Source of the DNA: Callorhinchus milii
Taxonomy: Eukaryota
Direction: 5' to 3'
NCBI RefSeq assembly: GCF_018977255.1
Contig: NW_024704742.1
Span: 127,412,001-127,476,000, forward strand
DNA length: 64,000 bases
Made by a program: the position numbers and the translations under genes
In this document: positions 12,877 to 26,500 of the stretch, piece after piece
How the letters are laid out: every line of letters starts with the position of its first letter
Position numbering within the stretch: position 1 is the stretch's first letter
Notes under the pieces: model-generated
The model's input: only the letters and a program-made list of their open reading frames with translations
Databases searched by the model: none
What the model was told of the DNA's origin: nothing

Positions 12877-13509
12877 TTACTATTTGCTCAGTCAGTGCTG
12901 TATGTAAAATACTATAATTTGGGAAGTACTGTATCATTTCTATAATTCCTTAGCGAGTTATGGTCAAGAACTTTGGAGGAGTAGGGGTTGAGGTTATTGC
13001 ACAGAGAAAGAAAAGATCCTTTGTGGGGATTATGTGGGGTTTTCAGCATCACTAAATCATCAAGTGTACATTGTTGCTGTAATTGTTCCCTCTTCAGCAG
13101 AGGGCATAGTAAGGGGAACAATCAAATTGTTTATCTCAGTCATCCTTGCAACTCATTCTTCCAAATCACTATTTTTTAATATTCATATAAAATGTTAGGA
13201 AATAAAAAAAATTAATCGCCTTAAGCAAAGCAGCGAGGGCAATTCTGTTCTCTCCCTTGCCTCCTTCAAGACCAGTCTCAAGACCCCCTCTTCGACCGTA
13301 CCCTTGTAACGCTCCCCACCCTCCACCCCTCCTGATCCCAACCACCAGCTCAGGTGTGGATCCCTGACTGTTCAACGCCTTGAGACATCCTCCTGACGTG
13401 AAAGGTGCTATAAAAATGTAAATTTGTTGCTGTTCTATTTCATACATTCACTATCTGAATTCTTCTGTCATCTAGTTCCTCTCACTCATTTCCTTCTCCT
13501 TTTTTACCA

Positions 13510-13877
13510 TGGAGTCCTGTAGCTCAGTGATTAGAGCACTCGACTTGCAAGTGAGAGACCTGGGTTCAAGGATGAAATGTTGAGCAAGTTTCCTTACTCC
13601 ATACACATGCCTCTGTTTACCTAGCATTAAGTAGGAACCTGGTTGCTGGGGGATTAGCGGATCGCTTTTCCCGGGGTAATAATTCCTTCAGAAAATGAAT
13701 AATAATGAATTGGCCACTCAATCCATGACTGTTTATGGGACGCTGCTGTGCGCAATTGGCTGCCGCGTTTCGCCCACAAAATATGCAGTCAATTCACTTC
13801 ATGGTATATTCTTAGAAGCGCTTTGAGACGTCTCATAATAAGGCATTATATCAAATGGAAGGATTATTATTATTATT
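13510..13877 (+). mobile_element. tRNA-Ala SINE copy (long subtype)
   Basis: Family head, Deu-like core and tail. Confidence 0.88.
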
Positions 13878-14334
13878 GGATAGAATACATCATAACCTTC
13901 ATAACTGTCGTTTTTTTTGTTCAGGACTGCTTAAGAACTTCTTTCTTTGATTGATCACCTCAGCCTGATTTTCATCGTAAGAGATGACCATAGCCCTGAT
14001 CACAACAAAGTCAGATTGGGTGATCTACAGATACACACACAGACCTCTAACAGTATTTATCCCAACATAAACGTTTACTATCCAGTTTACTTTGTTACCA
14101 GGCTTGCCAATTACTAGTGAAGACACTGAAGTACTAAATAAGTGGTCAAGAGCATGTTCAGGATGCGGTAATAGGATCTCAATATGAACGTATTTGTGAA
14201 AAACGTTATGTTTTGAGATATGTGGGCTATGTAACTACCCAGATGCGCTAAAATAGGGATCATTGGATGGGTGAATGGATGATTGGAAGGATAAAGATAC
14301 ATGCATGTCAGTAATTTTCATTTCTGCATTGTTT

Positions 14335-14502
14335 TCATTCATTTTCTTTATTTTTCTTCATTTCCTTGTAATTTTTTCTGTTCTCCTCTGGGTATGTCAC
14401 TGTATTTAATATCAATTTATAGATGGATTTGTTGTTTGTAGTTAACAGCATAAACACAGTTGTGGAAAGACAGAAAGGCCAGGTCCCTGCAGGCAATCCA
14501 AC
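14335..14502 (-). CDS. slc14a2: UT last coding exon ([55 protein letters not shown]), single copy
   Basis: Acceptor ttttttag|GTT, TGA at 14335-14337; LPxxTWPF and VTYPEEN motifs. Confidence 0.95.
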   Translation of the reverse strand, partial: VGLPAGTWPFCLSTTVFMLLTTNNKSIYKLILNTVTYPEENRKNYKEMKKNKENE

Positions 14503-17500
14503 CTAAAAAACATCAGAAAATGAAATATTAAACAGTAATGCTCAGCAAAAAGATCGCATAACAATGCTGGAGATGTGAAGTTAGCACTAGTACATTTGTT
14601 TGTAATTATAGAGCAATCAACTTATTTTACAGGTCCTTGTTTAGTACAATTCAGACTCCATAAAAAAAAGTGAACTTTAGTACTGTTTTCATTCATTGTT
14701 TCTTGTTGTTAGCACAGAAAAAAATGATGTCCAACCTACACACTTGCTAGACTGGACAGTAAATTATAATGGGATTTCATTCATTGCTTTTTTTAGCATA
14801 TGGTGCACAATACATTTCATTTGCTATCTCCTTAATTCCCAATAATGATTCACTTAAATCACACCCATCACCTGAGACTGAGAATTTAAAGGTTTCCAGT
14901 TTGTATGTCACCCGATTCCATGCTTACTCTACAATATGAATCTTCCTTCATATATGCAGAAATAAATCAAGCAATATTTCAAGAATAATACATCAATGCG
15001 ACTCTGCCTCTTAGAATATGTTAGAATATACAGCACAGAAACAGGCCATTCGGCCCAACTGGTCTATGCTGGTGTTTATACTCCACATAACCCTCTTCCT
15101 GCCCTTCCTCAACTAAGCCTTCAAGCATAACCTTCTATTCCTTTCTCCCTCATGTACCTATCTAACTTTCCCTTAAATACATTTATGATATTTGCCTCAA
15201 CAACTCCTTGTGGTATCATGTTCCACATTCCCGCTACTCTCTGTGTGAAGACATTTCTTCTAAATTCCCTATTTGATCTATTTGTGCCTATTTTATATTG
15301 ATGGCCCCTGGTTTTGGTCTCCCCCACAAGTGGAAACATCTTTTCTATGTCTACCCTATCAAAACCTTTCATAATTTTAAAGACTTCTAAAGGTCACCCC
15401 TTACCCTCCTCTTTTCAAGAGAAAAGAGTCCAAGTATGTTCAGCCTTTCCTGATAGGTGTAACCTCTCAGTTCTGGGATCATCCTTGTGAATCTCCTTTG
15501 CACCCTCTCCGGTGCCTCTACATACCCTCTATAATGTGGAGACCAAAACCGTACACAGTATTCAGAGTGGGTTTCAACCAAGGCTCTATAGAGATTTACC
15601 ATAACTTCCTTGCTTTTCATTTCTAAACCTCTAGAAATGAACCCCAATGCCTGGTTTGCTTTTTTAATGGCCTTATTAACCTGCATTGCTACTTTTAGTG
15701 AATTGTGTATGTGTACACCTAGGTCCCTTTGCTCATCTACCCCAATTAGGTTTTTATTTTCCAGCGTGTATGTGACTTCCTTATTCCTTCTACTAAAATG
15801 TACCACCTCACACTTTTCTGCATTGAAATGGATTTGCCATTTAAATGTCCATTCAGCAAGTGTATTAATGTCTTGCTGTAATTTGTTGCAGTCCTCCTCT
15901 GTATTAACTACTCCCTCCAAGTTGGTGTCGTCTGCAAATTTTGAAATTGTGCTACTGATTCCCGAATCCAAATCATTAATGTTGATTCAATTTAGGAAGT
16001 CCTGCTGATGTGAAAGGCGCTATATAAATGCAATTTGTTTGTTCAAATAGAATCTTGTTTGAGAATTAATGATACAATGGTTTATTTAATATACCAGGGT
16101 TTTTGCTTGCAGCTTTTAAAATAGATTATGATTTACTGTATACTCCTGAAAAATTATAGGTTAAATGCATAGTAGCCTTACTTTTACCTTCCAAGTTAAT
16201 TAATATATAAGGTTTAAATTAACGTCAATGCCATTTCTTTCTCCATGATTTCTTTGTTACATTGCTATTGAAACACCAGGATTAGCTGGGACTTTCAATT
16301 GTATAGTCTATATATATATATATACACATACATTATATTTACTGTAAGGAGTACAGGAAACTTAGCAGAAATTATTATTTAACACTATTTATTTTCTTGA
16401 CACTCCTATAATGTGCATGGGTGTTTGCCACTTACTGCTGAATTGAATTTAAATCATGCTTTTTGTTTTGCTAACTTGCCAGTTCACCTCATTAACAACA
16501 ACTTGGATTTATATAGCGCCCTCCACGCCGGACGGCGTCTCAGAGCGCTTCACAGTAATGGATCCCGGGACTGAGCCAGGGGGAGGGGGAGGAAGGTGAC
16601 CAAAGGCGCAGTCGAAAAGAAAGGTCTTCAGCAGAGACCTGAAAATGGGAAGGGAGGGAGCGAGACGAAGGGAGTGAGGAAGGCAGTTCCAAAGCCTCGG
16701 GGCATTGTGGCTGAAGGCACGGCCGCCAAGGGTGGAGCGGAGGACTCGGGGGACGAGGAGGAGGTCAGACCCGGAGGAACGAAGGCAATGGGTACTGTTT
16801 TGAGGAGAGAGGAGGTCAGAGAGGTCGGGGGGTGCAGAGGAGTGCAGGGACTTGAATACAAGGGTGAGAATCTTGAAATCGATCCTCTCTGGGATAGACA
16901 GCCAGTGCAGTCTGGCAAGGACTGGGGTAATCGGGGAGTGGAGGTTGGTGCGGGTAAGAATGCAAGTGAAAGAGTTTTGAATGATTTGGATTTTATGGAT
17001 GGTAGTGGATGGGAGACTGGTGAGGAGGGCGTTAGAGTAGTCCAGCCGAGAGGTGACAAAGGCATAGACCGGGGTTTCAGCAGCTTTTGGAGAGAGGTAT
17101 TGGCGGAGACGGGTGATGTGTCGGAGGTGGAAGAAAGCAGTGCTGGTGAGGGACTGGATGGGGGGAGGAAGAATAATTGGGGGTCGAACCTGATGCCTAG
17201 GTTGCGTATGGGTTTGGAGAGTTTTAGTGGGAGGTCACGTAGGTGGAGGAGGTGAGAGCCGTGAGATTTTAGATGTTGACGAGAGCCTTTCACTTTGGAC
17301 CTGTTGGCAACACTGCATATTGCCATCATAATTTATGTGCAGGGTCTAACTTGCAGGTTGTGTTAACTGTGTTTAATATATCTTGAGTGCAGAAGGAATT
17401 GCAGGTGCTTTAAAAAAAAGTGATTAATAGTCAATGAAAAGGATCACAGACCCGGACCATTGGTTTAGTTATGAATCATTTTGTTTAACTCCATCTCCTT

Positions 17501-20500
17501 GAGCTTCCTAATTTATAATGTATTCCTAATCTGCCGATATTATAGTCAAAGTATGCTGAGGTACCTTTCCTGAATTTAATTCAATCTGCAATAGTTCTGC
17601 ACACTTTCAGTTTATTTAGTTATGAGAGGCAAACCTGATTTTGTCCTATGTCTATTTAAAGCAGCCATGAAATTTATGGTTGATACTGCAAACGTTAGAT
17701 GGATGTGAAGGGAAAAGGGAGTGCGATTACAAATGTATTTTACATTGAACATTGCTGCTGACATTTTTAAAGCAAGCTTTTAATGATTAGTAATACAGTA
17801 CTAACTTACCACTGACATCATGTTCATCAGTGCTTCTCCTAAGTAAGCACAGAAAATTGCTATTGAGGAAAAAGAAAGAGGAAAACATTGTGTTTAGTAA
17901 ACTTGAAGCAGTTTTTAGAAAAATAATTATGAAAATGACTGTATTCTCTGTAACATCACAATTGGCACTAGCCAGTTCCAGGTTGAAATCTTGGTACGTC
18001 CATTCAGACTTTCATCTTTTCAAAGTCAATAATGCAAATACCATGCCTGAAAACAATTCTTACCCGTTTCTAAATAGGCGTGCATTCTGTTGGTGCCAAA
18101 CGTACCTCTGAATCAGTAGGTTGTGGGTTGAAGCTCCTCATTGGTACATTTAACTCATAATCTAAGATGTCACTGCAGTGCAGTGCTAGGGACATATTAC
18201 ACTATCAGAGATGTCATCCATCAGATGAGATATTAAACCAAGATGTTATCCTGTGTGAAGAGCTCTATATAAATGCGAGTTCTTGTTGATGCTGTAACCC
18301 AAGGTCCGCTCTGCCAGTTCAGGTGAATATTAAAGATTCCATTACACTATTTGAAAAGAGAATGGGGTATCTCCCACTGTTGTGGTCAACAGGGCCCAGG
18401 TAAACTGGGCATTTATTTTACGTCAGTTTGTGGGACACTGCTATGCGCAAATTGGCTGTTACAGTCGCCTACAAACACATAGTCACTATACATTACAGTG
18501 AATCTTGTGAAGCACTTTGAGATGTTTCAATGACACAAAAAGGTACTCCATAACATGCAAGAATTCTAATGCAATCGTGATAACAGGATTCAGATGATCC
18601 ATATTTTAAAACATACCACACATTATTGACAGGATATGGGTTTCCCATGTCAATGCATAAAACACTCCTCCGATAGCACTGCAAGCCAGAACGCAATTAT
18701 AGCTCCATATTCCATCATAAATTTTCTTGAATGGTGAAGCCAGTGATAATCCTGAAAGGTAAATTGATTAGTAAAATATGTAGCTTCTACACAATTACAA
18801 CAACAGCTTACATTTATACTGTGCCCTTCATGTAGGGTAGTGTCCCGGAGTGCTTTACAAGTAAGTAGATACTTCTGTACTGTTTCAATGAGAGTGTGCC
18901 TGATGTTTCAGCAATCTGAGATGCTACCCCACATGAAGGGTGCTATATATATCAAGTTGTTGTGTAATTATTTAGTAATCTAATGTACTAACCAAATTAT
19001 CTTTTAAAATGTTATATTCTATATATTGTAGTACAATACATAATATAATAAAAAGTATATATTCTTTTAGATATTGGTAAACTATATATTATGGCACAAC
19101 ACTTTATATAATATACTAAAAAATAAACTTACTGATATTATAAATAGTTTTTATTTAATACTGTTCAGTGAGCTCTGATCTGCTTCACATCTCCCGCCTC
19201 GCCCGCCCCACCATTGGCAGGTGGGCCTTCTGTCACACTGCCCCCACCCTCTGGAACTCCAGCCCACAGTCCCTCCATCTCGCCCCCTCCCTTGCCTCCT
19301 TCAAGACCCATCTCAAGACCATCCTTTTCAAACATGCTTTTGATCACTCTCCTTTCCCCCCTGACCTCCAGCCTCCCCAATCCCAACCCCCAGTTCGGGT
19401 CCGAAACACTGACTGTTCAGCGCCTTGGACGTCTTCCTGACGTGAAAGGCACTATACAAATATAGTTTTGTTGTTGAAACCAAAGTCATATTGACGTCTA
19501 TTGAATATTAACTGCAAATAACCAGTTAACTTGTTATTTTGTTTTTAAACAGCACACTTTAACAAAAGAGATTTATTTTGTGTTCTCTGCTTGCATTCTA
19601 ATCTGTAAATGACAAATTATTTTGTGACACCTGTCATTGAACAGCAAAGGCAAATCAGCTGTTGTACTGGATTGTACCACACCGTGTCACTAGTGGTACA
19701 TTTAATGTTTGCAAGTCCATGGAGAAATAATTTTTTGTCTTTTTTTGTATAAGATCATCACCATTAGCAAAGCGGAGGGATTGAGGGGCGAGTCTTCCAG
19801 AGTTTTGGGGTGTAGTGTGCTCCCTATAAACACTGCCTGGGCTTCGCTTTTGCCAAATGCCAAGTTAAGACACAATTGTAGTACGTTTTATGTTTCCATA
19901 ATCACATGTTGGCAACCAGAAAAGGTGGGAGGGTGGGGGGAATGGGGTGGTAGCTCTGTAAGATTTACAGTAAGGTTTCTCAGCATCTTTGCACAAAAGT
20001 CTACTTTCGGAAAAGATAATTTTGTTGCTTTGCAAAAATGAACTCAGTGGTGCCACAGTAAAATAAGAGTTTGCAATATCACTGGAGGATTTCATCTCTT
20101 CGGTGTGTTGACCAGTTTTTCAAACCGTACCAATGAATGGATTATGTAGATGAGATGGTGATTTTTGATGCTTTGCTGGATTCAGCAACTACTTGCCTGT
20201 AGCAAGCAGGAATGTAGCATCTGGATGCAGCGACATTGCTATGCAGTTTTAGCTGGTTAGACCAGCAGTACCCCAACACACACTCTGGAGTCCCCAAGCC
20301 TTGGCTCTTGCTAATCTGCACCTAATAAACTGGTATCAGGTAAGCAGGATGTGTCCCACCCAGGAAAGAGTGCATAATTCCATTCCAATAAATATCTTGG
20401 GAACTTCCCGGTATTGGTGAGATGCACGGAACTCTTAATTTGGTTTGGATACTCCTTATCACAGTGTTGGTTTCTGCAGACGTCAGACACCTGGCTCAAC

Positions 20501-23500
20501 CCTACAAAATAATGATTCATTCAGGCTAATGCAATTATTGAGGTAAGTTTAAGATACGTATTTAATTATACCTGCTAGAATGCCAACGCAAGATCCGATT
20601 GCAGCATGTAGACATATGATCGGAGATGAGATAGCTAACGCAGCAAGGAAAATGCCACCAGTCCAGGGATTGTCACAGCCGTACACCTGTCCAACACCCA
20701 CTGGAATAGCTCGTAGAAGCTGAATAAATATAAAATGTTTGGACATCATGTGATTTTCAAGAATATGAAAGTTGCTTTCACAAATATGTAACAAGCAATT
20801 AATGTTATTAATGTATCAATGTAAAGTAAATTGACTGTATATTTTTGTGGGTGAAATGCACAACTGATGTAAAGCCTTACATCAGTTGTGTGTAAACCTT
20901 TGCAGGCATTAATCAGGGAGCAGAATAGAAATTACGTAGATAAGCAGAAATAATAGCAAAATGTGGCTCAGCTAACTTGGGCTTGCTGTTCGTTCCCCCA
21001 CCCTCTCCAGATCACTATGAGTGGCCGAACCTTCAGTTCCTACACCCTAACCTATGGAACTCTGTCCCTCTTGCACTCCTCTCTCTTTGTATCTTTAAAT
21101 TCCACCTCAAATCCTACCTCTTCAACCTTGTCTGCAGGCTACCTCCCACTCCCTCCTTTCCTTTGCTTGGCATCCCACCCCATCCCTGCACAGTGCTCCT
21201 AGACATTACCCAATGTGAAGAGCGCTATATAAATGCAACTTGCTATAGTTGTTTAATTTTCCTTACCATTAGAATGCTGAGATCTGGCCAGGTGATGTTT
21301 GGGGCTGTGGTCATGGGTTGAATAAGAACCTGAGGGAAATGCTGATTGTAGTGTCCAGTTGCTGCCATGTAGAGACCCACAGATATATTAAAAGGCAATG
21401 TGAAAACAGGCAAATCCCACCGTCCCATCACGGAGGCCAAGGCACTTGAAATAATAGGGCTGTAAAGGAAAATGGTCTGTGACTGTCCTGACAGCCTGCC
21501 TGTCCGACATCGAGTCCTGGACGAGAGACAACTTTCTTCAGCTCAACGTGCGAAAAACCGAGGCCCTCCTGATTGGCTCACGTCAGCGCCTCCGCACCTC
21601 AGGCGCTGACACCATCAGCATCCAAGGCTGCACTCTCCACCTCTCAAAGCCAGTCAGGAACCTCGGCGTTTTGTTCGACCCTGAGCTGTCCTTTCTCCCT
21701 CACATCCGCACCACAACTGGCACCGCCTTCCATCACCTCCGGAATATCGCCAGATTACGGCACTACCTCACCCCTCACGCTGCTGAAACCCTGGTTCACG
21801 CCTTTGTCACCTCAAGGCTGGACTATGGGAACTCTCTCCTCGCCGGCCTTCCCGCCACCTCCCTCCACAAGCTGCAGGTCATTCAGAACTCTGCAGCTCG
21901 TGTACTGTCCCGCACCAGGCTTCGGGACCACATCACTCCCACCCTCGCTCGCCTCCACTGGCTCCCCATCCCCCAGAGGATTGATTTCAAGATCCTCATC
22001 CTCACCTACAAGGCCATTCACGGCCTTGCTCCCTCCTACCTCTCCAACCTACTATCCCCCTACCTACCTGCCCGTACCCTCCGTTCCTCTGGCTCCGGTC
22101 TGCTCCACGTCCCCCGCCCCAACCGCCCTACTATCGGTGGTCGGGCCTTCAGCCTCTCAGCCCCGAGGCTCTGGAACTCCATCCCCCAGTGCCTTCGCCT
22201 TGCTTCCTCCCTTTCCTCCTTCAAGGCCGGTCTCAAAACCTTTCTCTTTGACCGTGCCTTCAGCTCCCCTCTCGACTCTCTTCCTCCTCCTCGCTCCTCC
22301 TCCCTTCCCTCCCTCACCCTGACCATTTCCCCCTCCTCTCTCCCCCCCTTCCCTCCCCTCACCCTGACCATTTCCCCCCTGCTCGGGTCATGACCCAACT
22401 GTGCAGCGCCTTGGGACGTCCTCCTGACGTGAAAGGCGCTCTATAAATGGAATCTTGTTGTGTTGTTGTTGTTGTACCTCAATTAGGTTTTTATTTTCCA
22501 GCGTGTATGTGACTTCCTTATTCCTTCTACTAAAATGTACCACCTCACACTTCTCTACATTGAAATGGATTTGCCATTTAAATGCCCATTCAGCAAGTGT
22601 ATTAATGTCTTGCTGCAATTTGTTGCAGTCCTCCTCTGTATTAACTACTCCCTCCAATTTGGTGTCGTCTGCAAATTTTGAAATTGTGCTACTGATTCCC
22701 GAATCCGAATCATTAATGTTGATTCAATCTAGGAAGTCCTGCTGATGTGAAAGGCGCTATATAAATGCAAGTTATTTGTTCAAATAGAATCTTGTTTGAG
22801 AATTAATGATACAATGGTTTATTTAATATACCAGGGTTTTTGCTTGCCGCTTTTAAAATAGATAAATGATTTACTGTATACTCCTGAAAAATTAATAGGT
22901 TAAATGCATAGTAGCCTTACTTTTACATTCCAAGTTAACTAATATATAAGGTTTAAATTAACGTCAATGCCATTTCTTTCTCCATGATTTCTTTGTTACA
23001 TGGCTATTGAAACACCAGGATTAGCTGGGACATTCAATTGTATAGTCTATATATATATATATATACACATACATTATATTTACTGTAAGGAGTACAGGAA
23101 ACTTAGCAGAAATTATTATTTAACGCTATTTATTTTCTTGACACTCCTATAATGTGCATGGGTGTTTGCCACTTACTGCTGAATTGAATTTAAATCATGC
23201 TTTTTGTTTTGCTAACTTGCCAGTTCACCTCATTAACAACAACTTGGATTTATATGGCGCCCTCCACGCCGGACGGCGTCTCAGAGCGCTTCACAGTAAC
23301 GGATCCCGGGTCCGAGCCAGGGGGAGGGGGAGGAAGGTGACCAAAGGCGCAGTCGAAAAGAAAGGTCTTCAGCAGAGACCTGAAAATGGGGTTCCAGAGC
23401 CTCGGGGCATTGTGGCTGAAGGCACGGCGCCGAGGGTGGAGCGGAGGACTCGGGGGACGAGGAGGAGGTCAGACCCGGAGGAATGAAGGCAACGGATACT

Positions 23501-26500
23501 GTTTTGAGGAGAGAGGAGGTCAGAGAGGTCGGGGGGTGCAGAGGAGTGCAGGGACTTGAATACAAGGGTGAGAATCTTGAAATCGATCCTCTCTGGGATA
23601 GACAGCCAGTGCAGTCTGGCAAGGACTGGGGTGATCGGGGAGTGGAGGTTGGTGCGGGTAAGAATGCAGGTGACAGAGTTTTGAATGATTTGGATTTTAT
23701 GGATGGTAGTGGATGGGAGACTGGTGAGGAGGGCGTTAGAGTAGTCCAGCCGAGAGGTGACAAAGGCATAGACCGGGTTTCAGCAGCTTTTGGAGAGAGG
23801 TATTGGCGGAGACGGGTGATGCGTCGGAGGTGGAAGAAAGCAGTGCTGGTGAGGGATTGGATGGGGGGAGGAAGAATAATTGGGGGTCGAACCTGATGCC
23901 TAGGTTGCGTATGGGTTCGGAGAGTTTTAGTGGGAGGTCACTTAGGTGGAGAAGGTGAGAGCCGTGAGATTTTAGATGTTGACGAGAGCCTTTCACTTTG
24001 GACCTGTTGGCAACACTGCATATTGCCATCATAATTTATGTGCAGGGTCTAACTTGCAGGTTGTGTTAACTGTGTTTAATATATCTTGAGTGCAGAAGGA
24101 ATTGCAGGTGCTTTAAAAAAGTGATTAATAATCAATGAAAAGGATCACAGACCCGGACCATTGGTTTAGTTATGAATCATTTTGTTTAACTCCATCTCCT
24201 TGAGCTTCCTAATTTATAATGTATTCCTAATCTGCCGATATTATAGTCAAAGTATGCTGAGGTACCTTTCCTGAATTTAATTCAATCTGCAATAGTTCTG
24301 CACACTTTCAGTTTATTTAGTTATGGAGAGGCAAACCTGATTTTGTCCTATGTCTATTTAAAGCAGCCATGAAATTTATGGTTGATACTGCAAACGTTAG
24401 ATGGATGTGAAGGGAAAAGGGAGTGTGATTACAAATGTATTTTACATTGAACATTGCTGCTGACATTTTTAAAGCAAGCTTTTAATGATTAGTAATACAG
24501 TACTAACTTACCACTGACATCATGTTCATCAGTGCTTCTCCTAAGTAAGCACAGAAAATTGCTATTGAGGAAAAAGAAACAGGAAAACATTGTGTTTAGT
24601 AAACTTGAAGCAGTTTTTAGAAAAATAATTATCATGAAAATGACTGTATTCTCTGTAACATCACAATTGGCACTAGCCAGTTCCAGGTTGAAATCTTGGT
24701 ACGTCCATTCAGACTTTCATCTTTTCAAAGTCAATAATGCAAATACCATGCCTGAAAACAATTCTTACCCGTTTCTAAATAGGCGTGCATTCTGTTGGTG
24801 CCAAACGTACCTCTGAATCAGTAGGTTGTGGGTTGAAGCTCCTCATTGGTACATTTAACTCATAATCTAAGATGTCACTGCAGTGCAGTGCTAGGGACAT
24901 ATTACACTATCAGAGATGTCATCCATCAGATGAGATATTAAACCAAGATGTTATCCTGTGTGAAGAGCTCTATATAAATGCGAGTTCTTGTTGATGCTGT
25001 AACCCAAGGTCCGCTCTGCCAGTTCAGGTGAATATTAAAGATTCCATTACACTATTTGAAAAGAGAATGGGGTATCTCCCACTGTTGTGGTCAACAGGGC
25101 CCAGGTAAACTGGGCATTTATTTTACGTCAGTTTGTGGGACACTGCTATGCGCAAATTGGCTGTTACAGTCGCCTACAAACACATAGTCACTATACATTA
25201 CAGTGAATCTTGTGAAGCACTTTGAGATGTTTCAATGACACAAAAAGGTACTCCATAACATGCAAGAATTCTAATGCAATCGTGATAACAGGATTCAGAT
25301 GATCCATATTTTAAAACATACCACACATTATTGACAGGATATGGGTTTCCCATGTCAATGCATAAAACACTCCTCCGATAGCACTGCAAGCCAGAACGCA
25401 ATTATAGCTCCATATTCCATCATAAATTTTCTTGAATGGTGAAGCCAGTGATAATCCTGAAAGGTAAATTGATTTAGTAAAATATGTAGCTTCTACACAA
25501 TTACAACAACAGCTTACATTTATACTGTGCCCTTCATGTAGGTAGTGTCCCGGAGTGCTTTACAAGTAAGTAGATACTTCTGTACTGTTTCAATGAGAGT
25601 GTGCCTGATGTTTCAGCAATCTGAGATGCTACCCCACATGAAAGGTGCTATATATATCAAGTTGTTGTGTAATTATTTAGTAATCTAATGCTTTGCTCAT
25701 CTACCTCTACCCAATCTGCGGGATAATGCCATCCACCTGACCGCTCGCTCCCGGTCCCCGCGTGCGCACTATGGCTGCCGCTTTGACCCGAGCCCCCTCA
25801 CCCCTCCCTCCCTCCCCCTCCTCTCTCCCCCCAAACCCTCCCCCCTCTCCATCTCTCCCGCTCTCTCCTCCTCTCTCTCCGTCCCTCTCGTCTTCTATCC
25901 CCACTTGACCCTCCCACAACCTCCCTCTGTTCCAGTCTGGGAATCCTCCGCCGGGCTCACCGCGGCACTCGGCGTTGGCTGTCCAGCAGCAGCCACACCG
26001 ACTGCCCCATTCCCCACCACTCTCGCCAGCCACCCCGGACACAGACCCGGGGAGTCAACCTCTCCTCCCTCATCCCCATCTCCCCCACCCCTGCCTCACA
26101 ACCTGGACCCCCCTCCCCTCCCACACACCCTTCTGTCAACCGCTCCCTCCACATCGGACTGCAAAATGTCCGCTCCCTCTGCAACAAGGCCCTGGTCATC
26201 AACGATCTCATCCTTGATGAGAACGTTGATATCATGGCCTTGACAGAAACGTGGCTCACCCCAGGCGACACCTTCCCCCTCACGGAGGCCACGCCACCCG
26301 GCTACACCTCCCACCACATCCCCCGCCCCAACCGCCGTGGCGGTGGTGTTGCCCTTATCTCAAGGACACCACTTGCCCTATCCCCCTACTCCTCTGGCTC
26401 TTTCCCCTCCTTCGAGCACCTCACCCTCTCCCACCCCTCATTCCTCTCCCTTAAAATCCTCCTCCTCTACCGGCCCCCTAAAACCTCTCCCACCTTCATC

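Noticed and set aside
13899..14024. 41-codon open frame after a TAG acceptor downstream of the UT stop, a possible long C-terminal isoform exon
   Set aside because: No convincing donor in the last exon and no recognisable similarity; would need RNA evidence.
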